This document shows, in pieces, positions 10,981-21,541 of a stretch of 64,000 nucleotides of DNA. Made by a program: the position numbers and the translations under genes. The stretch is from Chloroflexota bacterium (GTDB lineage: Bacteria; Chloroflexota; UBA11872; VXNJ01): the NCBI GenBank assembly GCA_965261345.1, contig OZ253449.1, forward strand, positions 2,329,549-2,393,548, written 5' to 3'. Each line of letters opens with the position of its first letter. Positions within the stretch are counted from its first letter, which is position 1. The notes under the pieces are model-generated. The model ran no database searches. It was not told where the DNA came from and saw only the letters and a list, made by a program, of their open reading frames with translations.

Positions 10981-11760
10981 CTATGCGGCTGGGAATTGGC
11001 CGACCGGGAAGACGTCATTTATAAGCAAGGAGTTTTGATTCGGGCAGTTCGGAAGCCAGGTTCGCCGCCATTCGGCCTTTGGAATATGCATCAATAGTTC
11101 ATCGGCGGACCAGACCTCCGCCTCCAGCTCGTATCGACGGTGACGGCTGATCGAAACGCCGTCGCCGGGCAACTCAAAACTGATTGGAAACGTCCCAACA
11201 CCCAGCAGAGTCGTTTCAGTCACGACCGTGCGGGCATCCGGGTCTGAAACGTCCACCAGCCGAATGCGTAACTGAGCATCGCTAGGTAGAGATTGACCCG
11301 CCATTCCCAAATGGATCATCCCGGGTAAGGACTCGATACACCGGTCGTTTGGGTCGATTGAGACCACGAGCACATCGGTGTTGGTCGGTGCACCGCGCGT
11401 TATTACCGGGTGGACGGTGTCATTCACATACAGTAGCTCCTCTCCGAGCCTCACCTCGGCCTGCAGCGAATACTGGGCACCAGGGCGAACCTCACGAGGG
11501 TCATACGCAATCTGGAACCAGGTTGGCAATTGGCTTGCGCCGCGGATGACGTCACGCCCAAGCTCCACCGACGACGCGTCGGCGAGCGACGTATCGCGGA
11601 GCGATACGACCACAGTTGCACCGCGTGGCAGTTCGATATCTCTATAAAACCGAACATGGCCTGCCACCGATCCGTCTCCCAACTGGTTGCACGCGAGGGT
11701 TAAGAACGCGGAGACCAAAAGCAACGCCGCTCCAAGACATAGTGCCCGTAAAGGAGTCAT
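10981..11760 (-). CDS. Lipoprotein with two tandem YbaY-like domains
   Basis: Lipobox LTLAC; LPRGATVVVSLRDTSLADA (YbaY signature) and a second repeat LPSDAQLRIRLVDVSDPDA. Start chosen at ATG 11760. Confidence 0.75.
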   Translation of the reverse strand: MTPLRALCLGAALLLVSAFLTLACNQLGDGSVAGHVRFYRDIELPRGATVVVSLRDTSLADASSVELGRDVIRGASQLPTWFQIAYDPREVRPGAQYSLQAEVRLGEELLYVNDTVHPVITRGAPTNTDVLVVSIDPNDRCIESLPGMIHLGMAGQSLPSDAQLRIRLVDVSDPDARTVVTETTLLGVGTFPISFELPGDGVSISRHRRYELEAEVWSADELLMHIPKAEWRRTWLPNCPNQNSLLINDVFPVGQFPAA

Positions 11761-12581
11761 CTTTTTCGATTCAATATGGTCATAGATGGTTTTGCAGCCC
11801 ATTCTGCAAAAACCGTATCTTCAGCCGCATTCGGTTACCCGTTACTGCCCGCAACCGAATTCGCATAGCTCACCAAAGCAGTCGCTTGGCGCGTTGATTT
11901 AAGGAATGCGATTTGAGCTACTTCCGGTCGCAGGCCGAAGCTTTCATGCCGGCATTCTTGCAGGCATTCCCGCGGGTGGCTGTGATCGCCCGGGTACTTC
12001 TGACCCACCTCCGCCGCTGGCGAGGGGGCCGCAGCGGCGATGTTGGCGGGCCAGTTTCTGCGCACCCGGGTACTTAAGTCCGACTGACATTCCCATCGAC
12101 CTGCCGGCCATCAGCGATCGCTCTGGATTGGGAGATAGGAGTTCAATTTGAGTCCGACACGCCTCGCCCGCACTCGATCCAAACGGGAAAGGGACGGTTG
12201 CCGCCGCGGCCCAGCAGTGCCGATCTGACCGATGCGCTCAGGTTCGACTCCGACTGTTAGCGGCTCTACCGGCCGCTCATATTCATCGACGGCGGGCCGG
12301 CTGGGCTCGTTGTGGCGACAACTGCCGACCGCGACGACTTCGCAACGCTGGTCTTCGAGGAGAAGCTGCCGGAATTGCGGTATCGTCGCTTATGGCGAAG
12401 AGGGGAACGCAGTCAACAGAGCCGAGGCGGATTTCGGTATTGTGGTGGCGCCAAGGCATCCGAGAGCCTTCACACCGGTGGAACCGAAATAGCGAGCATT
12501 TTGCAAAATTTGCTCCCCGTGGTTCGAGCCCACAGTTCGCTGCAGTCGCTCGAACTCTTCAAAGATCAGGCTGGAACCGAC

Positions 12582-13079
12582 TCAGCAAATAGTTGAGTAG
12601 GCGTCCGGTTCAAATATGCCGTTGGCAAGCTGAATTTCGCGGACGTAGCAGATGATATCCTCCACGTCATCCGGAGAGACGCCAGCGACGGGAGGCATGT
12701 CGCCGAAGGACCAGTGGTGTTGCTTCGTTCCCTGGCTGACCGCGTTGCGAATGCTGAAGTCCGAGTGATGGCCGGGATGATAAACGCTGTCGATTAGAGT
12801 CGGGCCCAGATTGGTCCCGGCAGCGCCCACTCCGTGGCAGACCGAGCAGTTGACATTGAACACTTCTTCGCCTGCCCGAGCCGTGTCGGACAAGACATAC
12901 CCTTCCCTCAAAGCCTGTTCAGGCCCGTTCGAATCGGCAATATCGTACCCGGAGGTGCTCCCATCACCACATCCAGTCATCAAGAGCAGGACGAAGGATG
13001 CGACGAGGACATGGATCAGGAGCCTTCCAACTGATATTTGGCTTCTGGTCACTAACGGAGATTCCCATCGTTGAGGCAT
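12582..13079 (-). CDS. Monoheme cytochrome c lipoprotein
   Basis: Lipobox-like LLMTGC, heme motif CSVCH and HHWSFGDMP distal Met. Start uncertain. Confidence 0.85.
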   Translation of the reverse strand: MPQRWESPLVTRSQISVGRLLIHVLVASFVLLLMTGCGDGSTSGYDIADSNGPEQALREGYVLSDTARAGEEVFNVNCSVCHGVGAAGTNLGPTLIDSVYHPGHHSDFSIRNAVSQGTKQHHWSFGDMPPVAGVSPDDVEDIICYVREIQLANGIFEPDAYSTIC

Positions 13080-13292
13080 CCACCGAGCATCCGCAAATCT
13101 TCGGATGGCCCAGCTGTGATCGCCGGATTGCAATTGACCCGTCCGGGTCGTATATTTTCCGCTCGGTTTCCCGCCGATGATGGTCTCATCCATTGGTGAG
13201 CGGTAATGGAAAGCAAAATTCAATTTCCAGCGGCCGCGGCAGCTTTTCGGGCTCAATCGAGCCGCTACCGGCCGATCCAGTCTGCCCGGGCG

Positions 13293-14153
13293 CTATCCCA
13301 ATTTGCTTTTGAGAAACCCGATCACACGGTCGGCAACCCACTCGGACTCGAATTCGCCGCCGCCGTGCCCTGAGCCTTTGAGCAGGTGAAATTCAGCGGT
13401 GTCTGGGCCGAATTTGCCCTTTAATGCTTCATGTAACCGCACTGATTGCGGCGCCCCGATCAGCCGATCGCTGTCGCCGTGCATGATCAGGAACGGCGGT
13501 GCCGAATTGGCTTGTTCAAGGAATGAGAGGGGGCTTGCCTGATAGGCCAATGTGGGGTTTTCGTCGACCACTGCACCGATCAGGTCAGATTCAGGAGACC
13601 CGGCCTCGCCGTTCGGCGGTGATCCCCGCTCAACACCGGTTAGGCCGATGTCATGGTCCATGTGTTCAAAGTGGATCGGACCGAACCAGTCCACCACCGC
13701 ATGAATTCGCAGGGTCGGGTTATCGGATAAGGCGATCCCCATCATTGCCGACAGGTGACCGCCGGCTGATGAACCGAACGCGGCTATCCGATCGCTATCA
13801 AATCCGTAGCGGTCAGCGTTTTCGCGTATGAACCTGCTCACATTGGTCAGGTCTTCAAGTTGGGCCGGCCAGACTGCTTGCTGACTGAGTCGGTAGTTGA
13901 TGCTAACGATCGCCATTCCTGCATCCAGCAGGCGCCTTGCCAGCTTGGGTTCCCGCTTGTCCCCCAACCGAAATGCACCGCCGTGAATCCAAACGACGAC
14001 CGGGTACCCACCACCTTCGCCATCCGGCAAATAGATATCGCACACATTCCGGAGCGCGATGTCCGAATACGCGACATTGATGTGCGTCGGCGCGGGATGG
14101 CCGCTGGCGTCATGCGGCGAATCTACTGTCCGCAATTCTTGCTCCGCACTCAT
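13293..14153 (-). CDS. Alpha/beta hydrolase (HSL-like esterase/lipase)
   Basis: HGGA oxyanion motif, GSSAG nucleophile, HGDSD and C-terminal GSGH. Confidence 0.9.
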   Translation of the reverse strand: MSAEQELRTVDSPHDASGHPAPTHINVAYSDIALRNVCDIYLPDGEGGGYPVVVWIHGGAFRLGDKREPKLARRLLDAGMAIVSINYRLSQQAVWPAQLEDLTNVSRFIRENADRYGFDSDRIAAFGSSAGGHLSAMMGIALSDNPTLRIHAVVDWFGPIHFEHMDHDIGLTGVERGSPPNGEAGSPESDLIGAVVDENPTLAYQASPLSFLEQANSAPPFLIMHGDSDRLIGAPQSVRLHEALKGKFGPDTAEFHLLKGSGHGGGEFESEWVADRVIGFLKSKLG

Positions 14154-14466
14154 CTCCGGCAGTCCGAATCTGAAGATTTGTTCACATTAGATCCTGCCCG
14201 GTGACTTCGAACGCGCCTTAGGGAACGCGCCCAAATCGAACGGCGGCCTGCGATTAATCTCCTGGGCACGCTGCGCGCGCGTTGGAACGGGCACCAAATT
14301 GCCGTCAATTGGCAGAGCAACGATTGCGCCGAGACCGCATGTCCGCTTCAAGCAACACGATCCGATATTTGGGAATTTCAACTGCCCACGCCCCAGGGGT
14401 TCTGGGCCGATGCGGGATGTATTCCTCTACCGGCAACAGCACGACGCGCACCCAAATGTCTACGGG

Positions 14467-14850
14467 CAGCAGGTTGCGGTCGTGCGCCGATTGGTGGCCG
14501 ATCTGGACATTCCGATCCGGATCGTGGCCGTTCCCACCGTGCGCCAAGGACGGGGCTGGCGCTGGACGCCCGCAACACCCACCTTTCCCTCGCCCAGCGG
14601 GCGGCGGCGCCTGACGCCTACCGCGCTGTTGGCAACCCGGAACCGGTTCGGGAACCAACTTTTGTCGGCCGCCGGACTGGCGGGCTTCTGCCGCGGACTG
14701 CTTGAGGCCCAACCGGCGATCGCTGCCATCGATTACGTGGCCACCGTTGATCCCGACACGATGGATCCGTGGGAAAGCGGGCCCTGCATGCTGGCGGTGG
14801 CGGTTCGAATCGGCAGTGTGCGCCTGATCGACAACCGGATCCTGAACTGA
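14467..14850 (+). pseudogene. panC: 3' fragment of pantoate-beta-alanine ligase, copy 1
   Basis: QQVAVVRRLVADLDIPIRIVAVPTVR, a frameshifted GLAL.ARNTHLS and C-terminal IDYV...AVAVRIGSVRLIDN. The 5' half is missing. Confidence 0.8.
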
Positions 14851-15458
14851 GCACCGGTCGGTCGCTGCTAACTTGACCGGGCCGACCTTAGGATTTGGCA
14901 ATTGGACTAGGGCAGCGCCGACCCTGCAGATTGCGATCGCACCCGGGCGGCGGCTGTGTGCCGCGGAGAGTGTGAACGCCGATGATTACAAGGTTTGGTA
15001 CCCTCTACGCCGGGCACGTCGATTTGGACGATATCGGATTGGCCGGCGTTCCGGTCAATGAACGCTGGCTGTCCGATGAACGCCTGGCCGGCGTTTTTGG
15101 CAAGACCGAGGCGATCGCCACGGTAATGGACGAGGTCGGCTACGACACTCTTTGGCTGGCCGAGCACCATTTCCAGCGCGAAGGCTACGAGTGCATCCCC
15201 AATCTGCTGCTGCTCGGCGTGCATCTGGCGCACCTGACCAAAAAGATCAAGATCGGCTGCGGCTTCAACGTCGCCCCGATGTGGAATCCGCTGCGTTTGG
15301 CCGAAGACTACGCCACCGCCGACATCCTCACCGGCGGGCGGGTCATCTTTGGAGTGGGGCGCGGCTATCACACCCGCGAGGTCGAATCCTTCGGCGCCCC
15401 GATGCTGGACCAGGATGTCAATCGCGACTTGTTCGAGGAACAGGTCGACATAGTCTTT
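14592..15458 (+). repeat. Near-identical direct repeat of 63134-64000
   Basis: The sequences match at offset 48542 with only two differences noticed (near 14640 and 15401). Diverged homology extends back to ~14278 / ~62820. Confidence 0.92.
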
Positions 15459-16151
15459 AAGGCATTCAACAATCGCGCCTTTTCCCACCACGGCAAGGCC
15501 TACACGATTCCGCCGCGGGTCCCCTATCGTGGCTACGAGTTAGAGGAGATCACGCTGGTGCCGCGACCGCGCACGCTGCCGGTTGAGTGCTACCAGCCGC
15601 TGGTGAGCGCCAGCCAGCGCGGGATGGACTTTATGGTCAAGCACGGGATCAAGGGCATGGTCGGCGGCGGGGCCGCGTCCGGTGGGGCGTCCGACAAAGT
15701 CGTACGGGCGTGGCGCGAAACGTTGGCCCGGGCCGGTCGCGAGACCGAGCTGGGCGCCGACCTGATCATCGGGTTCTCCTTGCATCTGGCCGATACCGAG
15801 GAAAAGGCGATTGCCGAGGCGACCAAGTTCTTCGAGGAGGACATGAAGATGTTTGCCCCGCTGGGGTTCGCCCGGGCTACCCCGGAGCAGTTGGCGGCGC
15901 TGGAAGACCCGGCGCTGATCGCTAAAACTCCGCTGCCGACGATTCGCGACGGCATCGAACGCGGTTCTTGGCTGTGCGGACCTCCAGAAATGGTCGCCGA
16001 AAAACTCATGGCCGCCCAGGATCTCTATCCCGGCCTCACGCAGATAAATATCGGCTCAGTAGTTGGTACGCCCAAGGACGTGATCCTCGAGCAGCTGCGC
16101 TGGTTCGGCAACGAGGTAATGCCCGAATTCAAGGCCCAGGCCAGCTCCTAG
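14982..16151 (+). CDS. Luciferase-like (LLM class) flavin-dependent monooxygenase, copy 1
   Basis: GYDTLWLAEHHF, PLRLAEDYATADILTGGRVIFGVGRGY and FGNEVMPEF. Confidence 0.93.
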   Translation: MITRFGTLYAGHVDLDDIGLAGVPVNERWLSDERLAGVFGKTEAIATVMDEVGYDTLWLAEHHFQREGYECIPNLLLLGVHLAHLTKKIKIGCGFNVAPMWNPLRLAEDYATADILTGGRVIFGVGRGYHTREVESFGAPMLDQDVNRDLFEEQVDIVFKAFNNRAFSHHGKAYTIPPRVPYRGYELEEITLVPRPRTLPVECYQPLVSASQRGMDFMVKHGIKGMVGGGAASGGASDKVVRAWRETLARAGRETELGADLIIGFSLHLADTEEKAIAEATKFFEEDMKMFAPLGFARATPEQLAALEDPALIAKTPLPTIRDGIERGSWLCGPPEMVAEKLMAAQDLYPGLTQINIGSVVGTPKDVILEQLRWFGNEVMPEFKAQASS

Positions 16152-16153
16152 GC

Positions 16154-17277
16154 TGTCCTATTTCCGAGTACCTGCGACAGGTGAGCGCCTAATTTCGTAG
16201 GGGTCACTTAAGGCATCCTGCTGTGTTACCACACGCAGCTAAGGATTCCCGCTGTGACCCCCGAGGACACGATATACCGCTACCGCCTGCGCACTCTGGC
16301 ATTGGCCAGGGAAATCGGCAGTGTAAGGGCCGCCTGCCGGGTGATGGGCATCCATCACTCGACCTATTACCGCTGGAAGTCGCAGGCCGACCGCTTCGGG
16401 GTTGACATCCTGCGACCGCGGGAGCGCCGCCGTCCGCAGATGCCGAATTCAATCTCGCTGTTGATCGAGCAGCGCATCCTGGCGTTCTCAATCGGCAATC
16501 CCGGTCTTGGTCCTGCACGGATAGCGGCCGAACTGGCCCGGCAGAAATGGGGCGGGCTAAGGGTCTCACCCTCCGGCATCTGGAGGGTGCTAAAGCGCCA
16601 TGGGCTAAACACCAGGTCCAAGCGTCTGGCATTGGTGGCCGGCTATGCCGCCCCGCCCGGGCCGCAGCCACTCGAACCTGAACCCGAGCGCCACCTGGAT
16701 GTTGATTACCCCGGGCAGCTGGTGCAGCTGGACTGCTTCCATATCGGAAGACTCTCCGGCACCAGAGGGACCCTGTGGCAGTACACCGCCATTGACGTGG
16801 CCTCATCCTTCGTCTGGGCCGAACTGCACACCAGTCCGCGCAATCCCTCGGCCCGATGGACATCGCGGCTGGCCCGAAGGGTGGCTAAGGACCTGGCCGC
16901 CAGGGGCTGGAAGCTGAAAGCTGTCATGACCGACAACGGCTCCGAGTTCCGATCACACCAGTTCAGGGAGATGGTTGCCGCCCTTAGCGCCCGCCAGAAG
17001 TTCATTCATGCCGGAAGGCCCCAGACCAACGGTTGCGTCGAACGGGTCCAAGGGACCATCCTTCAGGAGTGCTGGAAGCCGGCCTTTGCCCGTTACCTGG
17101 TCCCCAAGCAAACTGGATTAAGACGCGAGTTGAACCGTTATCTGCGCTACTACAACCGCGATCGCGCTCACACCGGCAGGTGGAACCTGGGCAGGACCCC
17201 CGAAGCGGTCATCGGCAAGGGCAGAATCTATGCTTGAGAAACAGCGGGATGTGTCGCTAGATCTCCGAAACGGGACA
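16154..17277 (+). mobile_element. IS481-family insertion sequence
   Basis: Imperfect 26-bp terminal IRs (TGTCCTATTTCCGAG... / ...CTCCGAAACGGGACA), flanked by the direct repeat TCCTAGGC at 16146-16153 and 17278-17285. Confidence 0.9.
16254..17237 (+). CDS. IS481-family DDE transposase
   Basis: N-terminal HTH and an rve core: PGQLVQLD, TDNGSEF, PQTNGCVER, YYNRDRAH. Confidence 0.92.
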   Translation: MTPEDTIYRYRLRTLALAREIGSVRAACRVMGIHHSTYYRWKSQADRFGVDILRPRERRRPQMPNSISLLIEQRILAFSIGNPGLGPARIAAELARQKWGGLRVSPSGIWRVLKRHGLNTRSKRLALVAGYAAPPGPQPLEPEPERHLDVDYPGQLVQLDCFHIGRLSGTRGTLWQYTAIDVASSFVWAELHTSPRNPSARWTSRLARRVAKDLAARGWKLKAVMTDNGSEFRSHQFREMVAALSARQKFIHAGRPQTNGCVERVQGTILQECWKPAFARYLVPKQTGLRRELNRYLRYYNRDRAHTGRWNLGRTPEAVIGKGRIYA

Positions 17278-17285
17278 TCCTAGGC

Positions 17286-17530
17286 GCGCGGCCCTTGCCA
17301 GTCCCTGGGCCTGGAACGGGCACGCCTGGGCTATCGAGCCCTTAAAGAATGAGACCACCGCGCCGGCCAACAGCAGGAACCCGGTGCCGGTGTAGAGCAG
17401 GTTCATGCCCGCCAGGAACGCCGACCCAGCCCCGCTGTCAGCACTGGAATCGACCGTGGCTGAGGTCGGGAGCAAACCCCATCGCCGCCATCATGCCGAC
17501 GCTCTGAGTGATCGGGGCGCCGTTGATCAA
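17286..17530 (-). pseudogene. Possible C-terminal fragment of an MFS transporter
   Basis: SAFLAGMNLLYTGTGFLLLAGAVVSFF resembles the last TM helix of DHA2-type MFS proteins; nothing else remains. Confidence 0.4.
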
Positions 17531-17758
17531 TGCCAGCGGAGTCGATTCAGAGACCCGCGAAATCGTATACATTCCGGCAGCGGTGCGCCGTCACCCAACC
17601 CTCCAAACGGCGTGCGCCCTCGACCGGACGCCCGATTCCCGCAAATAGAGCGGTCAACGTTGGTTCCGGGACTGAATGTCTACCTCAGAATGCACGATCT
17701 CGACGTCTTGGAATCGCCAGTCAATCGCAGCAGCGGGCCTCTAAACGCAATCTGGATG

Positions 17759-20700
17759 CTATTCCTCTACCGGCAACAGCACTACACGCACATAAATGTC
17801 GACGGGCAGCACGCGTAGAGCAACGGCCTCAATCTCAGAAATCGTCACCGCTTCCAAACGCTCCTCGAATTCGCCAAATTGCGAGACTGGCTCTTCTCGT
17901 TGCGACGCATTCAGGATCTGTCTCAGCCAATAGCCGTTTTCGCGCAACTGTTCCTCGCGCGAGGAGAGGAATTGCTCCTTGACCGTATCCAGGTACTCCA
18001 TTTCACCGCCGGCGCGCAGCCACGCGATCTCCTCCAGCACAACCGCAAGCAATTCATCGGTGCGCGTGGGATCACTTCCAAAAACGATTGATACCTGGTA
18101 TTCGGGATCGGGCAAGCGGCTGCGGCTCGCGTTTACCTGAACGCTGTAAGTTCCGCCGAGGTCTTCACGAACTCTCTCGCGCAGTCGAATCCCCAGCATC
18201 TCGCCCGCAACAGAGAGCGCCAGCGCTTCCTGTCGGCTAAATTCGGCCTTGCCAGCGAACACCAGCACCGTTGCGGCGCGCGGTTCAATACCGCTGCGGA
18301 CGACATGGTCCTCCAGTCCGGTCGGCGGGTCGATCCCGACATCGCGCCACTGCTCGACATCGCCTATGGAAGGAAGGCTTGCCAGGTACGTTTCCGTAAG
18401 CGAACGCAAGTTATCCCAATCGAAGGCGCCCACGAATACAAACGTCGAATCACCCAGATTTTGGAATCGGTCAGAATACACCGATTCCACCCGGCCGGCA
18501 TCCAGCTCGGCAAGCGTTTCCACCGTCAGTGGACGCTCCCGAAAGTGGCTTTGGCTGAGCACGGTGCCAACTCTGTCAAATAGAACCGAGTCGGGGTCGG
18601 CGGCGCGGGCTTCGGCAACGCTTTGCAGGCTCGCTTCGTATCTGGAAAAGTAGGCTGGATCCAGTCGCGGCTGAGTCGCGTAGAGAGTTATCAATTGGAA
18701 AAGGGTTTCAAGATCCTGCGGCGAGGCGCCGCCACTGAATCCCTCGAACAGCTCCCCGATGTAGGGGGACACCGAAACTCTTTTGCCGGCCAGCAGCTTG
18801 TCGAGCGCGACACTGTCGTGCAGGCCAACTCCGCTGCCGGAAACTATCGCGTCCGCGTATTGCGCCGACACATGGTCATCATCGTCCACCAGCGAGTGTC
18901 CGCCGGGGCTATAGGAGCTAAACGCCACTTCATCGTTACGGAAGTCGGTTTGCTTGGCGATAACCGTGATGCCGTTGGATAACGTCCACCGCACCGCATC
19001 GATAGATTCGAGTTGCTCTTCCTTGGTTATGCTTCCTGGGACTGGCGGGTTCGCCAGCAACGGAATGTCGTCGAGGGAGTCCTCAAAGGGGTCAAGGTCA
19101 AGCGTGCTGCCGGCTTGGATCTGCGTTAGTAAAGTCGTGGCCAATTCGCCATCGGTGATGGAGCCTTCAGTCACGGGGCGAACAACCAGGAGTGCCGTAT
19201 CTTCAAGTTGGGTCCAGGATTCTTTGAGCGCGTCGAAGTCCGCAAGGTCGATCTGGGGCAGCAGTTCCTGGTACAACTCCCACTCGGCCGCGATTCCCGG
19301 CGCCGGTATGCCGCTGAGGAAATGGACCGTGTATTCATCGGCCAGGCTTGCCGACGGAATCTGGTCGCGTTGCTTGTACGCACTTTCAACCGCCCGCAGA
19401 AGCGTGATCTTCTCGCGCGCCAATTCGGTGTCGGTAAAACCGTGCAAGCGAACTCGGTGCATCTCTTCGAGCACCGCCTCCAGACCCCGCTCAACCCCAT
19501 CCTGCTCGACCCACCCCGAAAACGTCAGGATGTCCAGGGATTCCACGAACGGTAATCGTCCCGCCCCCGCCTGCAGGTAAGGCGGATCCACCACCTGGGC
19601 CCGCTCGAACAGGCGTGCATTGAGCATCATGAAGGCCAGTTGTTCCACCACGTAACGTTTAAAGGACACTAGGCCCTGACCGCTGTCGGGGCGCAGCTTT
19701 CGGATCAAGATGAACTGGGTGCCGGGCGATTCGGGATCGGTGAAAACTTCGATCTGCGGAATATCGTGGCTGGGAACATCAATTCGAGGCCGGTCGGTAG
19801 GGCCCCCGACCGCGGCGCGATCCTGGCTGGCCTGCCCCTCCGGCGGCGGCGCAAAGTGCTGCTCAATCTTGCTTTTGATTACAGCAGGGTCAAAGTCTCC
19901 AACTGCGATGAGCGCCATCTGATCAGGCCTGTACCAGCGTTCGTAGTAATCGCGCAACCTTTGGACGGGCGCAGTTTCAATGACCGATGTCAAACCAATC
20001 GGGGCGCGCTGAGCATAGCGCGAGGAACCAAATAGCAGCATTAAAAAGTTGTCTTGGATGCGTGAAGAAAAGCCCTGGCTCAGTCGCCACTCTTCCAGGA
20101 CCACGCCCCGCTCCAATTCGACCTCCTCCGGTTCAAAGGCAATTGCGAAGGCCCAATCGCTCAGGATCTGAAACGCGGTCTCGGTGATCTCGGGGTCATA
20201 GGTCGGAATCTCAATCCAGAAAAGGGTGTCGTCAAAGCCGGTGCGGGCGTTGATGTCGGGGCCGAAGGTGCCGCCGACGGATTCAAGGTACTCGACGATT
20301 TCCTGCTTGGCGAAGCGCTCCGTCCCGTTGAACGCCATGTGCTCGACGAAGTGAGCCAGTCCGCGCTGGTCCTCGTCTTCGTGAACCGAACCGCCTTTGA
20401 CGACAAGGAGAAACTCGGCCCTTTCACGTGGTTCCACGTTTTTTTTGATGTAGTAGGAAACGCCATTGGAAAGGGTGCCACGGACGACGGTGGGGTCAAA
20501 TGGGAGGGGTGGGCCCACCTCGAGCTCCGGGACGATTACGGAGGCGGGTGTCGGGCTCGGTGCGGGTTCGGGCTGGACCGGAGCTGGAGTCGGACTCGCC
20601 GTCGGCGCAGGAGTTGCCGGTGCGGCGGTTGCGGTGGGCGCCGGACTTGCAGTCGGCGTGGGCGAGGGTGTCGAATCCGGTTCCGGATCGCAGGCGACCA

Positions 20701-20770
20701 AGGCAATCAGCACGAGCACGGACAGAATTGCGGCCAATGCCGACTTTAGATTCGCCCCGGTTGGATTCAT
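17759..20770 (-). CDS. M16-family zinc protease (PqqL-like) lipoprotein
   Basis: Lipobox IALVAC, Pro/Thr-rich linker, inverted zincin motif HFVEH(MAFNGT) and a second half beginning WTLSNGITV. Confidence 0.92.
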   Translation of the reverse strand: MNPTGANLKSALAAILSVLVLIALVACDPEPDSTPSPTPTASPAPTATAAPATPAPTASPTPAPVQPEPAPSPTPASVIVPELEVGPPLPFDPTVVRGTLSNGVSYYIKKNVEPRERAEFLLVVKGGSVHEDEDQRGLAHFVEHMAFNGTERFAKQEIVEYLESVGGTFGPDINARTGFDDTLFWIEIPTYDPEITETAFQILSDWAFAIAFEPEEVELERGVVLEEWRLSQGFSSRIQDNFLMLLFGSSRYAQRAPIGLTSVIETAPVQRLRDYYERWYRPDQMALIAVGDFDPAVIKSKIEQHFAPPPEGQASQDRAAVGGPTDRPRIDVPSHDIPQIEVFTDPESPGTQFILIRKLRPDSGQGLVSFKRYVVEQLAFMMLNARLFERAQVVDPPYLQAGAGRLPFVESLDILTFSGWVEQDGVERGLEAVLEEMHRVRLHGFTDTELAREKITLLRAVESAYKQRDQIPSASLADEYTVHFLSGIPAPGIAAEWELYQELLPQIDLADFDALKESWTQLEDTALLVVRPVTEGSITDGELATTLLTQIQAGSTLDLDPFEDSLDDIPLLANPPVPGSITKEEQLESIDAVRWTLSNGITVIAKQTDFRNDEVAFSSYSPGGHSLVDDDDHVSAQYADAIVSGSGVGLHDSVALDKLLAGKRVSVSPYIGELFEGFSGGASPQDLETLFQLITLYATQPRLDPAYFSRYEASLQSVAEARAADPDSVLFDRVGTVLSQSHFRERPLTVETLAELDAGRVESVYSDRFQNLGDSTFVFVGAFDWDNLRSLTETYLASLPSIGDVEQWRDVGIDPPTGLEDHVVRSGIEPRAATVLVFAGKAEFSRQEALALSVAGEMLGIRLRERVREDLGGTYSVQVNASRSRLPDPEYQVSIVFGSDPTRTDELLAVVLEEIAWLRAGGEMEYLDTVKEQFLSSREEQLRENGYWLRQILNASQREEPVSQFGEFEERLEAVTISEIEAVALRVLPVDIYVRVVLLPVEE

Positions 20771-21289
20771 GCCTTGTCCTTATTGCCGCAATTCCGGGAC
20801 GAGGTTAATTCATTTCCAATTCGAAACGGCAGCGGATCGAGGGCGAACACGCCAACAGTCCATTGCAGACCCGCCGCGATCCGTGGCGTCAATTAGGAAA
20901 CAATTCCCGATTGGCAAAATGCCCAGTCGGCGGGCAACAGCGAACGCGGCCTTCCGAACAATTCCACTTCGAGATCGATGATACGCCGGGCATTGGACCC
21001 GTTCATGGGGTAACTCAGGCATCGGCACGCACCTTCGCGCCCGCGCCGGTTGGATCGCACTAGTGTTCAGCGATGAACTGCGCCGTCCGCTGGGTCAGAT
21101 TCGGCCCGGTTTCGGCCCGTTCCAACCGCCAATCGGTCAAGGCCAATCCTGCGTCTGCTGCCCATGCCGTGCCGGATCCAGATTTGCTGGCCCGCAATCT
21201 GAAGAGCCCGGATTTTTCGGTCAACAGCACTCACCAGGCGAGGCCGTATCCCTCTTCGGTCCAGCGGGCATGGATCGCATTCCTTTCCA

Positions 21290-21541
21290 GGCCAGGACCC
21301 ATGTCACCAATACCAGGACGCCCAAGGCTGACATTGAAAATCGTTAGCTGAATTCAAGTCAGATATTCAGATCAAGTGGAGGAATGGTTTGGGCATGGCA
21401 ACGAGGCCATTCAGGGCATGCATCGCCCGACCCTGTCACCCAGACAACGCCACCGAAAGCTACATGCGTAATCGCCACGGCAAGTCCCAACAGCGAGACG
21501 GTGTGGTGCCAGGACAGTTTGGCAGTCAATGACCCAGCCAT
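21290..21541 (-). pseudogene. Heme A synthase (COX15/CtaA) N-terminal fragment
   Basis: GGVVWVTGSGDACPEWPRCH...IPP followed by stops (LNI*LEFS*RF). Confidence 0.65.

Noticed and set aside
12270-12395. FIDGGPAGL...TLVFEEK, resembling an FAD oxidoreductase start
   Set aside because: Too short and degenerate to call by eye.
20540-20690. Repetitive GC-rich tract
   Set aside because: It encodes the Pro/Thr/Ala linker of the M16 lipoprotein.
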